Source of the DNA: the human T2T-CHM13v2.0 reference genome, Homo sapiens | Direction: 5' to 3' (one strand) | NCBI RefSeq assembly: GCF_009914755.1 | Contig: NC_060947.1 | DNA length: 64,000 nucleotides | In this document: piece by piece, positions 26,301-39,800 of the stretch | How positions within the stretch are numbered: position 1 is the first letter of the stretch | Layout of the letters: each line of letters starts with the position of its first letter | Made by a program: the position numbers and the translations under genes | The notes under the pieces: generated by a model | Database searches by the model: none | Told to the model about the DNA's origin: nothing | Seen by the model: the letters and a program-made list of their open reading frames with translations, nothing else

Positions 26301-29300
26301 CACCTGCAGATTCTACCAAAAGTGTATTTGGAAACTGCTCCATCAAAAGGCATGTTCAGCTCTGTGAGTGAAACTCCATCATCACAAAGAATATTCTGAG
26401 AATGCTTCCGTTTGCCTTTTATATGAAGTTCCTTCCTATACGACCGTAGGCCTCAAAGCAGTCCAAATCTCCATTTGCAGATTCTCCAAAAAGAGTGATT
26501 CCAATCTGCTCTATCAATAGGATTGTTCAACTCCATGTGTTGAATGCCATCCTCACAAAGTCGTTTCTGAGAATGCTTCTATCTAGTTTTTATGTGAAGA
26601 TATTTCCTTTTCCACCACAGGCCTCAAAGCCCTCCAAACGTCCACTTGCAGATTCTCGAAAAAGAGTGTTTCATAGCTGCTCTTTCAAAAGGAAAGTTCA
26701 ACTCTGGGAGTTGAATACAAACATCACAAAGTAGTTTCCGAGAATGCTTCTGTTTAGTTTTTATGTGAAGATGATCCCGTTTCCAGTGAAATCTTCAAAG
26801 AGGTCCACATATCCCCTTGCAGATTCCAAAGAAAGAGGGTTTCAAAACTGCTCCATCAGAAGGATTGTTCAACTCTGTGAGTTGAATGCAGTCATCGCAG
26901 AAAACTTTCTGAGAATGCTTCTGTCTAGGTTTGATGTGAAGATATAGACGTTTCAAACGAAGGCTACAAAGTGGTCAAAATATACACTTGCAGATTCTAC
27001 TACAAGGGTGTTGCAAACCTGAACTATCAAAGGAAGGTTCAACTCTGTGAGTTGAATACAAACATCACAAAGAATGTTCTGAGTTTGCTTCCGTTCAGTT
27101 ATGGGAAGTTGATCCCGTTTCCAACGAAATCCTCAGAGAGGTCCAAATATCCCCTTGCAGATTCTACAAAACGTGTGTTTGGAAACTGCTCCATCATAAC
27201 GAATGTTCAGCTCCCTGAGTTAAACTCCATCGTCACAAAGAATTTTCTGAGAGTGCTACCGTCTGGTTTTTATATGAAGCTCTTTCCTTCACTACCCCAG
27301 GCCTCAAAGCGGTCCAAATCTCCACTTGCAGATTCTACAAAAAGAGTGTTTGCAAACTGCTCTATCAAAAGGAATGTTCAACTCTGGGAGTTGAATGCAA
27401 TCATCACAGAGCAGTTTCTGAGAATGCTTCTATGTCGTTTTTAGGAGAAGATATTTCCTTTTCCAACACAGTCCTCCAAGCCCGCTAAATAGCCACTTGC
27501 ACATTGTAGAAAAAGTGTGTCGAAGCTGCGCTATCAAAGGGAAAGTTCAACTCTGTGAGGTGAATGCAAACATCCCAAAGAAGTTTCTGAGAGTGCTTCC
27601 GTTTAGCTTTTAGGTGAAGATTATCCCGTTTCCAACGAAACCTTCAAAGAGGTCCAAATATCCCCTTGCGGATCCCACAGAAAGAGTGTTTCGAAACTGC
27701 TGTTTCAAAAGGAATCTTCAACTCTGTGAGTTGAATGCAATCATCACAAAGAAGTTTCTGACAATGCTTCTCTCTCGTCTTTCTGTGAAGATAAAGGAAA
27801 AGGCTTTCAGGCCTTTTCCACCACAGGCCTGAAAGCGCTCCAAATGTCCACTTGCAGATTCTGCGAAAAGAATATTTCAAAACTGCTCTATGAAAAGCAA
27901 TGTTAAACTCTGTGGCTCGAACACAAACATCACAAAGCGGTTTCTGAGAAAGCTTCAGTTTAGTTTTTCTGTGGAAATATTCCCGTTTCCAAAGAAATCT
28001 TCAAAGAGGTCCACGTATCCACTTACAGATTCTACAAAAAGACAGTTTCAAAACTGCTCCATCAAAAGGAGGGTTCAACTGTGTGACTTGAATGCAATCA
28101 TCACTCACAAGTTTCTGAGAATGCTTCTCTTTAGTTTTTACGTGAACATATACCCGTTTCGAAAGAAGGCCACCCAGTGGTCCAAATATCCACTTGCAGA
28201 TTCTACAGAAAGAGTGTTTCGAACCTGAACTCTCAAAGGCAGGTTCATCTCTGCGAGTTAAATGCATTCATCATGAAGAACTTTCTCAGAGTGTTTGTGT
28301 TTAGTTATGGGAAATTATTCCCGTTTCCAACGAAATCCTCAGAGAGCTCTAAATTTCCACCTGCAGATTCTACCAAAAGTGTATTTGGAAACTGCTCCAT
28401 CAAAAGGCATGTTCAGCTCTGTGAGTGAAACTCCATCATCACAAAGAATATTCTGAGAATGCTTCCGTTTGCTTTTATATGAAGTTCCTTCCTATACGAC
28501 CGTAGGCCTCAAAGCAGTCCAAATCTCCATTTGCAGATTCTACAAAAAGAGTGATTCCAATCTGCTCTATCAATAGGATTGTTCAACTCCATGTGTTGAA
28601 TGCCATCCTCACAAAGTAGTTTCTGAGAATGCTTCTATCTAGTTTTTATGTGAAGATATTTTCTTTTCCACCACAGGACTCAAAGCCTTCCAAACGTCCA
28701 CTTGCAGATTCTCGAAAAAGAGTGTTTCATAGCTGCTCTTTCAAAAGGAAAGTTCAACTCTGGGAGTTGAATACAAACATCACAAAGTAGTTTCCGAGAA
28801 TGCTTCTGTTTAGTTTTTATGTGAAGATGATCCCGTTTCCAGTGAAATCTTCAAAGAGGTCCACATATCCCCTTGCAGATTCCAAAGAAAGAGGGTTTCA
28901 AAACTGCTCCATCAGAAGGATTGTTCAACTCTGTGAGTTGAATGCAGTCATCGCAGAAAACTTTCTGAGAATGCTTCTGTCTAGGTTTGATGTGAAGATA
29001 TAGACGTTTCAAACGAAGGCTACAATGTGGTCAAAATATACACTTGCAGATTCTACTACAAGGGTGTTGCAAACCTGAACTATCAAAGGAAGGTTCAACT
29101 CTGTGAGTTGAATACAAACATCACAAAGAATGTTCTGAGTTTGCTTCCGTTCAGTTATGGGAAGTTGATCCCGTTTCCAACGAAATCCTCAGAGAGGTCC
29201 AAATATCCCCTTGCAGATTCTACAAAACGTGTGTTTGGAAACTGCTCCATCATAACGAATGTTCAGCTCCCTGAGTTAAACTCCATCGTCACAAAGAATT

Positions 29301-30837
29301 TTCTGAGAGTGCTACCGTCTGGTTTTTATATGAAGCTCTTTCCTTCACTACCACAGGCCTCAAAGCGGTCCAAATCTCCACTTGCAGATTCTACAAAAAG
29401 AGTGTTTGCAAACTGCTCTATCAAAAGGAATGTTCAACTCTGGGAGTTGAATGCAATCATCACAGAGCAGTTTCTGAGAATGCTTCTATGTCGTTTTTAG
29501 AAGATATTTCCTTTTCCAACACAGTCCTCCAAGCCCGCTAAATATCCACTTGCACATTGTAGAAAAAGTGTGTCAAAGCTGCGCTATCAAAGGGAAAGTT
29601 CAACTCTGTGAGGTGAATGCAAACATCCCAAAGAAGTTTCTGAGAATGCTTCCGTTTAGCTTTTAGGTGAAGATTATCCCGTTTCCAACGAAACCTTCCA
29701 AGAGGTCCAAATATCCCCTTGCGGATCCCACAGAAAGAGTGTTTCGAAACTGCTGTTTCAAAAGGAATCTTCAACTCTGTGAGTTGAATGCAATCATCAC
29801 AAAGAAGTTTCTGACAATGCTTCTCTCTCGTCTTTCTGTGAAGATAAAGGAAAAGGCTTTCAGGCCTTTTCCACCACAGGCCTGAAAGCGCTCCAAATGT
29901 CCACTTGCAGATTCTGCGAAAAGAATATTTCAAAACTGCTCTATGAAAAGCAATGTTAAACTCTGTGGCTCGAACACAAACATCACAAAGCGGTTTCTGA
30001 GAATGCTTCAGTTTAGTTTTTCTGTGGAAATATTCCCGTTTCCAAAGAAATCTTCAAAGAGGTCCACGTATCCACTTACAGATTCTACAAAAAGACAGTT
30101 TCAAAACTGCTCCATCAAAAGGAGGGTTCAACTGTGTGACTTGAATGCAATCATCACTCAGAAGTTTCTGAGAATGCTTCTCTTTAGTTTTTACGTGAAC
30201 ATATACCCGTTTCGAAAGAAGGCCACCCAGTGGTCCAAATATCCACTTGCAGATTCTACAGAAAGAGTGTTTCGAACCTGAACTCTCAAAGGCAGGTTCA
30301 TCTCTGCGAGTTAAATGCATTCATCATGAAGAACTTTCTCAGAGTGTTTGTGTTTAGTTATGGGAAATTATTCCCGTTTCCAACGAAATCCTCAGAGAGC
30401 TCTAAATATCCACCTGCAGATTCTACCAAAAGTGTATTTGGAAACTGCTCCATCAAAAGGCATGTTCAGCTCTGTGAGTGAAACTCCATCATCACAAAGA
30501 ATATTCTGAGAATGCTTCCGTTTGCCTTTTATATGAAGTTCCTTCCTATACGACCGTAGGCCTCAAAGCAGTCCAAATCTCCATTTGCAGATTCTCCAAA
30601 AAGAGTGATTCCAATCTGCTCTATCAATAGGATTGTTCAACTCCATGTGTTGAATGCCATCCTCACAAAGTCGTTTCTGAGAATGCTTCTATCTAGTTTT
30701 TATGTGAAGATATTTCCTTTTCCACCACAGGCCTCAAAGCCCTCCAAACGTCCACTTGCAGATTCTCGAAAAAGAGTGTTTCATAGCTGCTCTTTCAAAA
30801 GGAAAGTTCAACTCTGGGAGTTGAATACAAACATCAC
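14399..30837. repeat. Zone of length-variant HORs (U8-U15: 2054, 2057, 2054, 2057, 2053, 2054, 2056, 2054 bp)
   Basis: A 3-bp deletion (TTTTTAGAAGAT vs TTTTTAGGAGAAGAT) follows 15115, 19226, 23337, 25390 and 29500. A 1-bp deletion (TTTGCTTTT vs TTTGCCTTTT) lies near 24362 and 28472. ORF-track spacing agrees with these lengths. Confidence 0.92.
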
Positions 30838-33800
30838 AAAGTAGTTTCCGAGAATGCTTCTGTTTAGTTTTTATGTGAAGATGATCCCGTTTCCAGTGAA
30901 ATCTTCAAAGAGGTCCACATATCCCCTTGCAGATTCCAAAGAAAGAGGGTTTCAAAACTGCTCCATCAGAAGGATTGTTCAACTCTGTGAGTTGAATGCA
31001 GTCATCGCAGAAAACTTTCTGAGAATGCTTCTGTCTAGGTTTGATGTGAAGATATAGACGTTTCAAACGAAGGCTACAAAGTGGTCAAAATATACACTTG
31101 CAGATTCTACTACAAGGGTGTTGCAAACCTGAACTATCAAAGGAAGGTTCAACTCTGTGAGTTGAATACAAACATCACAAAGAATGTTCTGAGTTTGCTT
31201 CCGTTCAGTTATGGGAAGTTGATCCCGTTTCCAACGAAATCCTCAGAGAGGCCCAAATATCCCCTTGCAGATTCTACAAAAAGTGTGTTTGGAAACTGCT
31301 CCATCATAACGAATGTTCAGCTCCCTGAGTTAAACTCCATCGTCACAAAGAATTTTCTGAGAGTGCTACCGTCTGGTTTTTATATGAAGTTCTTTCCTTC
31401 ACTACCCCAGGCCTCAAAGCGGTCCAAATCTCCACTTCCAGATTCTACAAAAAGAGTGTTTGCAAACTGCTCTATCAAAAGGAATGTTCAACTCTGGGAG
31501 TTGAATGCAATCATCACAGAGCAGTTTCTGAGAATGCTTCTATGTCGTTTTTAGGAGAAGATATTTCCTTTTCCAACACAGTCCTCCAAGCCCGCTAAAT
31601 AGCCACTTGCACATTGTAGAAAAAGTGTGTCAAAGCTGCGCTATCAAAGGGAAAGTTCAACTCTGTGAGGTGAATGCAAACATCCCAAAGAAGTTTCTGA
31701 GAGTGCTTCCGTTTAGCTTTTAGGTGAAGATTATCCCGTTTCCAACGAAACCTTCAAAGAGGTCCAAATATCCCCTTGCGGATCCCACAGAAAGAGTGTT
31801 TCGAAACTGCTGTTTCAAAAGGAATCTTCAACTCTGTGAGTTGAATGCAATCATCACAAAGAAGTTTCTGACAATGCTTCTCTCTCGTCTTTCTGTGAAG
31901 ATAAAGGAAAAGGCTTTCAGGCCTTTTCCACCACAGGCCTGAAAGCGCTCCAAATGTCCACTTGCAGATTCTGCCAAAAGAATATTTCAAAACTGCTCTA
32001 TGAAAAGCAATGTTAAACTCTGCGGCTCGAACACAAACATCACAAAGCGGTTTCTGAGAATGCTTCAGTTTAGTTTTTCTGTGGAAATATTCCCGTTTCC
32101 AAAGAAATCTTCAAAGAGGTCCACGTATCCACTTACAGATTCTACAAAAAGACAGTTTCAAAACTGCTCCATCAAAAGGAGGGTTCCACTGTGTGACTTG
32201 AATGCAATCATCACTCACAAGTTTCTGAGAATGCTTCTCTTTAGCTTTTACGTGAACGTATACCCGTTTCGAACGAAGGCCACCCAGTGGTCCAAATATC
32301 CACTTGCAGATTCTACAGAAAGAGTGTTTCGAACCTGAACTCTCAAAGGCAGGTTCATCTCTGCGAGTTAAATGCATTCATCATGAAGAACTTTCTCAGA
32401 GTGTTTGTGTTTAGTTATGGGAAATTATTCCCGTTTCCAACGAAATCCTCAGAGAGCTCCAAATATCCACCTGCAGATTCTACCAAAAGTGTATTTGGAA
32501 ACTGCTCCATCAAAAGGCATGTTCAGCTCTGTGAGTGAAACTCCATCATCACAAAGAATATTCTGAGAATGCTTCCGTTTGCCTTTTATATGAAGTTCCT
32601 TCCTATATGACCGTAGGCCTCAAAGCAGTCCAAATCTCCATTTGCAGATTCTACAAAAAGAGTGATTCCAATCTGCTCTATCAATAGGATTGTTCAACTC
32701 CATGAGTTGAATGCCATCCTCACAAAGTAGTTTCTGAGAATGCTTCTATCTAGTTTTTATGTGAAGATATTTCCTTTTCCACCACAGGCCTCAAAGCCCT
32801 CCAAACGTCCACTTGCAGATTCTCGAAAAAGAGTGTTTCATAGCTGCTCTTTCAAAAGGAAAGTTCAACTCTGGGAGTTGAATACAAACATCACAAAGTA
32901 GTTTCCGAGAATGCTTCTGTTTAGTTTTTATGTGAAGATGATCCCGTTTCCAGTGAAATCTTCAAAGAGGTCCACATATCCCCTTGCAGATTCCAAAGAA
33001 AGAGGGTTTCAAAACTGCTCCATCAGAAGGATTGTTCAACTCTGTGAGTTGAATGCAGTCATCGCAGAAAACTTTCTGAGAATGCTTCTGTCTAGGTTTG
33101 ATGTGAAGATATAGACGTTTCAAACGAAGGCTACAAAGTGGTCAAAATATACACTTGCAGATTCTACTACAAGGGTGTTGCAAACCTGAACTATCAAAGG
33201 AAGGTTCAACTCTGTGAGTTGAATACAAACATCACAAAGAATGTTCTGAGTTTGCTTCCGTTCAGTTATGGGAAGTTGATCCCGTTTCCAACGAAATCCT
33301 CAGAGAGGTCCAAATATCCCCTTGCAGATTCTACAAAACGTGTGTTTGGAAACTGCTCCATCATAACGAATGTTCAGCTCCCTGAGTTAAACTCCATCGT
33401 CACAAAGAATTTTCTGAGAGTGCTACCGTCTGGTTTTTATATGAAGTTCTTTCCTTCACTACCACAGGCCTCAAAGCGGTCCAAATCTCCACTTGCAGAT
33501 TCTACAAAAAGAGTGTTTGCAAACTGCTCTATCAAAAGGAATGTTCAACTCTGGGAGTTGAATGCAATCATCACAGAGCAGTTTCTGAGAATGCTTCTAT
33601 GTCGTTTTTAGGAGAAGATATTTCCTTTTCCAACACAGTCCTCCAAGCCCGCTAAATAGCCACTTGCACATTGTAGAAAACGTGTGTCAAAGCTGCGCTA
33701 TCAAAGGGAAAGTTCAACTCTGTGAGGTGAATGCAAACATCCCAAAGAAGTTTCTGAGAATGCTTCCGTTTAGCTTTTAGGTGAAGATTATCCCGTTTCC

Positions 33801-36800
33801 AACGAAACCTTCAAAGAGGTCCAAATATCCCCTTGCGGATCCCACAGAAAGAGAGTTTCGAAACTGCTGTTTCAAAAGGAATCTTCAACTCTGTGAGTTG
33901 AATGCAATCATCACAAAGAAGTTTCTGACAATGCTTCTCTCTCGTCTTTCTGTGAAGATAAAGGAAAAGGCTTTCAGGCCTTTTCCACCACAGGCCTGAA
34001 AGCGGTCCAAATGTCCACTTGCAGATTCTGCCAAAAGAATATTTCAAAACTGCTCTATGAAAAGCAATGTTAAACTCTGCGGCTCGAACACAAACATCAC
34101 AAAGCGGTTTCTGAGAATGCTTCAGTTTAGTTTTTCTGTGGAAATATTCCCGTTTCCAAAGAAATCTTCAAAGAGGTCCACGTATCCACTTACAGATTCT
34201 ACAAAAAGACAGTTTCAAAACTGCTCCATCAAAAGGAGGGTTCAACTGTGTGACTTGAATGCAATCATCACTCACAAGTTTCTGAGAATGCTTCTCTTTA
34301 GCTTTTACGTGAACATATACCCGTTTCGAACGAAGGCCACCCAGTGGTCCAAATATCCACTTGCAGATTCTACAGAAAGAGTGTTTCGAACCTGAACTCT
34401 CAAAGGCAGGTTCATCTCTGCGAGTTAAATGCATTCATCATGAAGAACTTTCTCAGAGTGTTTGTGTTTAGTTATGGGAAATTATTCCCGTTTCCAACGA
34501 AATCCTCAGAGAGCTCCAAATATCCACCTGCAGATTCTACCAAAAGTGTATTTGGAAACTGCTCCATCAAAAGGCATGTTCAGCTCTGTGAGTGAAACTC
34601 CATCATCACAAAGAATATTCTGAGAATGCTTCCGTTTGCCTTTTATATGAAGTTCCTTCCTATACGACCGTAGGCCTCAAAGCAGTCCAAATCTCCATTT
34701 GCAGATTCTACAAAAAGAGTGATTCCAATCTGCTCTATCAATAGGATTGTTCAACTCCATGTGTTGAATGCCATCCTCACAAAGTCGTTTCTGAGAATGC
34801 TTCTATCTAGTTTTTATGTGAAGATATTTCCTTTTCCACCACAGGCCTCAAAGCCCTCCAAACGTCCACTTGCAGATTCTCGAAAAAGAGTGTTTCATAG
34901 CTGCTCTTTCAAAAGGAAAGTTCAACTCTGGGAGTTGAATACAAACATCACAAAGTAGTTTCCGAGAATGCTTCTGTTTAGTTTTTATGTGAAGATGATC
35001 CCGTTTCCAGTGAAATCTTCAAAGAGGTCCACATATCCCCTTGCAGATTCCAAAGAAAGAGGGTTTCAAAACTGCTCCATCAGAAGGATTGTTCAACTCT
35101 GTGAGTTGAATGCAGTCATCGCAGAAAACTTTCTGAGAATGCTTCTGTCTAGGTTTGATGTGAAGATATAGACGTTTCAAACGAAGGCTACAAAGTGGTC
35201 AAAATATACACTTGCAGATTCTACTACAAGGGTGTTGCAAACCTGAACTATCAAAGGAAGGTTCAACTCTGTGAGTTGAATACAAACATCACAAAGAATG
35301 TTCTGAGTTTGCTTCCGTTCAGTTATGGGAAGTTGATCCCGTTTCCAACGAAATCCTCAGAGAGGTCCAAATATCCCCTTGCAGATTCTACAAAACGTGT
35401 GTTTGGAAACTGCTCCATCATAACGAATGTTCAGCTCCCTGAGTTAAACTCCATCGTCACAAAGAATTTTCTGAGAGTGCTACCGTCTGGTTTTTATATG
35501 AAGCTCTTTCCTTCACTACCCCAGGCCTCAAAGCGGTCCAAATCTCCACTTCCAGATTCTACAAAAAGAGTGTTTGCAAACTGCTCTATCAAAAGGAATG
35601 TTCAACTCTGGGAGTTGAATGCAATCATCACAGAGTAGTTTCTGAGAATGCTTCTATGTCGTTTTTAGGAGAAGATATTTCCTTTTCCAACACAGTCCTC
35701 CAAGCCCGCTAAATAGCCACTTGCACATTGTAGAAAAAGTGTGTCAAAGCTGCGCTATCAAAGGGAAAGTTCAACTCTGTGAGGTGAATGCAAACATCCC
35801 AAAGAAGTTTCTGAGAATGCTTCCGTTTAGCTTTTAGGTGAAGATTATCCCGTTTCCAACGAAACCTTCAAAGAGGTCCAAATATCCCCTTGCGGATCCC
35901 ACAGAAAGAGTGTTTCGAAACTGCTGTTTCAAAAGGAATCTTCAACTCTGTGAGTTGAATGCAATCATCACAAAGAAGTTTCTGACAATGCTTCTCTCTC
36001 GTCTTTCTGTGAAGATAAAGGAAAAGGCTTTCAGGCCTTTTCCACCACAGGCCTGAAAGCGCTCCAAATGTCCACTTGCAGATTCTGCCAAAAGAATATT
36101 TCAAAACTGCTCTATGAAACGCAATGTTAAACTCTGTGGCTCGAACACAAACATCACAAGGCGGTTTCTGAGAATGCTTCAGTTTAGTTTTTCTGTGGAA
36201 ATATTCCCGTTTCCAAAGAAATCTTCAAAGAGGTCCACGTATCCACTTACAGATTCTACAAAAAGACAGTTTCAAAACTGCTCCATCAAAAGGAGGGTTC
36301 AACTGTGTGACTTGAATGCAATCATCACTCAGAAGTTTCTGAGAATGCTTCTCTTTAGTTTTTACGTGAACATATACCCCTTTCGAACGAAGGCCACCCA
36401 GTGGTCCAAATATCCACTTGCAGATTCTACAGAAAGAGTGTTTCGAACATGAACTCTCAAAGGCAGGTTCATCTCTGCGAGTTAAATGCATTCATCATGA
36501 AGAACTTTCTCAGAGTGTTTGTGTTTAGTTATGGGAAATTATTCCCGTTTCCAACGAAATCCTCAGAGAGCTCCAAATATCCACCTGCAGATTCTACCAA
36601 AAGTGGATTTGGAAACTGCTCCATCAAAAGGCATGTTCCGCTCTGTGAGTGAAACTCCATCATTACAAAGAATATTCTGAGAATGCTTCCGTTTGCCTTG
36701 TATATGAAGTTCCTTCCTATACGACCGTAGGCCTCAAAGCAGTCCAAATCTCCATTTGCAGATTCTACAAAAAGAGTGATTCCAATCTGCTCTATCAATA

Positions 36801-39800
36801 GGATTGTTCAACTCCATGAGTTGAATGCCATCCTCACAAAGTCGTTTCTGAGAATGCTTCTATCTAGTTTTTATGTGAAGATATTTCCTTTTCCACCACA
36901 GGCCTCAAAGCCCTCCAAACGTCCACTTGCAGATTCTCGAAAAAGAGTGTTTCATAGCTGCTCTTTCAAAAGGAAAGTTCAACTCTGGGAGTTGAATACA
37001 AACATCACAAAGTAGTTTCCGAGAATGCTTCTGTTTAGTTTTTATGTGAAGATGATCCCGTTTCCAGTGAAATCTTCAAAGAGGTCCACATATCCCCTTG
37101 CAGATTCCAAAGAAAGAGGGTTTCAAAACTGCTCCATCAGAAGGATTGTTCAACTCTGTGAGTTGAATGCAGTCATCGCAGAAAACTTTCTGAGAATGCT
37201 TCTGTCTAGGTTTGATGTGAAGATATAGACGTTTCAAACGAAGGCTACAAAGTGGTCAAAATATACACTTGCAGATTCTACTACAAGGGTGTTGCAAACC
37301 TGAACTATCAAAGGAAGGTTCAACTCTGTGAGTTGAATACAAACATCACAAAGAATGTTCTGAGTTTGCTTCCGTTCAGTTATGGGAAGTTGATCCCGTT
37401 TCCAACGAAATCCTCAGAGAGGTCCAAATATCCCCTTGCAGATTCTACAAAACGTGTGTTTGGAAACTGCTCCATCATAACGAATGTTCAGCTCCCTGAG
37501 TTAAACTCCATCGTCACAAAGAATTTTCTGAGAGTGCTACCGTCTGGTTTTTATATGAAGTTCTTTCCTTCACTACCACAGACCTCAAAGCCGTCCAAAT
37601 CTCCACTTCCAGATTCTACAAAAAGAGTGTTTGCAAACTGCTCTATCAAAAGGAATGTTCAACTCTGGGAGTTGAATGCAATCATCACAGAGCAGTTTCT
37701 GAGAATGCTTCTATGTCGTTTTTAGGAGAAGATATTTCCTTTTCCAACACAGTCCTCCAAGCCCGCTAAATAGCCACTTGCACATTGTAGAAAAAGTGTG
37801 TCAAAGCTGCGCTATCAAAGGGAAAGTTCAACTCTGTGAGGTGAATGCAAACATCCCAAAGAAGTTTCTGAGAATGCTTCCGTTTAGCTTTTAGGTGAAG
37901 ATTATCCCGTTTCCAACGAAACCTTCAAAGAGGTCCAAATATCCCCTTGCGGATCCCACAGAAAGAGTGTTTCGAAACTGCTGTTTCAAAAGGAATCTTC
38001 AACTCTGTGAGTTGAATGCAATCATCACAAAGAAGTTTCTGACAATGCTTCTCTCTCGTCTTTCTGTGAAGATAAAGGAAAAGGCTTTCAGGCCTTTTCC
38101 ACCACAGGCCTGAAAGCGCTCCAAATGTCCACTTGCAGATTCTGCCAAAAGAATATTTCAAAACTGCTCTATGAAACGCAATGTTAAACTCTGTGGCTCG
38201 AACACAAACATCACAAAGCGGTTTCTGAGAATGCTTCAGTTTAGTTTTTCTGTGGAAATATTCCCGTTTCCAAAGAAATCTTCAAAGAGGTCCACGTATC
38301 CACTTACAGATTCTACAAAAAGACAGTTTCAAAACTGCTCCATCAAAAGGAGGGTTCAACTGTGTGACTTGAATGCAATCATCACTCAGAAGTTTCTGAG
38401 AATGCTTCTCTTTAGTTTTTACGTGAACATATACCCCTTTCGAACGAAGGCCACCCAGTGGTCCAAATATCCACTTGCAGATTCTACAGAAAGAGTGTTT
38501 CGAACATGAACTCTCAAAGGCAGGTTCATCTCTGCGAGTTAAATGCATTCATCATGAAGAACTTTCTCAGAGTGTTTGTGTTTAGTTATGGGAAATTATT
38601 CCCGTTTCCAACGAAATCCTCAGAGAGCTCCAAATATCCACCTGCAGATTCTACCAAAAGTGGATTTGGAAACTGCTCCATCAAAAGGCATGTTCAGCTC
38701 TGTGAGTGAAACTCCATCATCACAAAGAATATTCTGAGAATGCTTCCGTTTGCCTTTTATATGAAGTTCCTTCCTATACGACCGTAGGCCTCAAAGCAGT
38801 CCAAATCTCCATTTGCAGATTCTACAAAAAGAGTGATTCCAATCTGCTCTATCAATAGGATTGTTCAACTCCATGAGTTGAATGCCATCCTCACAAAGTC
38901 GTTTCTGAGAATGCTTCTATCTAGTTTTTATGTGAAGATATTTCCTTTTCCACCACAGGCCTCAAAGCCCTCCAAACGTCCACTTGCAGATTCTCGAAAA
39001 AGAGTGTTTCATAGCTGCTCTTTCAAAAGGAAAGTTCAACTCTGGGAGTTGAATACAAACATCACAAAGTAGTTTCCGAGAATGCTTCTGTTTAGTTTTT
39101 ATGTGAAGATGATCCCGTTTCCAGTGAAATCTTCAAAGAGGTCCACATATCCCCTTGCAGATTCCAAAGAAAGAGGGTTTCAAAACTGCTCCATCAGAAG
39201 GATTGTTCAACTCTGTGAGTTGAATGCAGTCATCGCAGAAAACTTTCTGAGAATGCTTCTGTCTAGGTTTGATGTGAAGATATAGACGTTTCAAACGAAG
39301 GCTACAAAGTGGTCAAAATATACACTTGCAGATTCTACTACAAGGGTGTTGCAAACCTGAACTATCAAAGGAAGGTTCAACTCTGTGAGTTGAATACAAA
39401 CATCACAAAGAATGTTCTGAGTTTGCTTCCGTTCAGTTATGGGAAGTTGATCCCGTTTCCAACGAAATCCTCAGAGAGGTCCAAATATCCCCTTGCAGAT
39501 ACTACAAAACGTGTGTTTGGAAACTGCTCCATCATAACGAATGTTCAGCTCCCTGAGATAAACTCCATCGTCACAAAGAATTTTCTGAGAGTGCTACCGT
39601 CTGGTTTTTATATGAAGCTCTTTCCTTCACTACCCCAGGCCTCAAAGCGGTCCAAATCTCCACTTGCAGATTCTACAAAAAGAGTGTTTGCAAACTGCTC
39701 TATCAAAAGGAATGTTCAACTCTGGGAGTTGAATGCAATCATCACAGAGCAGTTTCTGAGAATGCTTCTATGTCGTTTTTAGGAGAAGATATTTCCTTTT

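Noticed and set aside
29538-29933. Longer unique-looking minus-strand ORFs (131 aa here; also 917-1294 and 36529-36798)
   Set aside because: Each is explained by a single SNP or 1-bp deletion removing a stop or shifting frame in one satellite copy.
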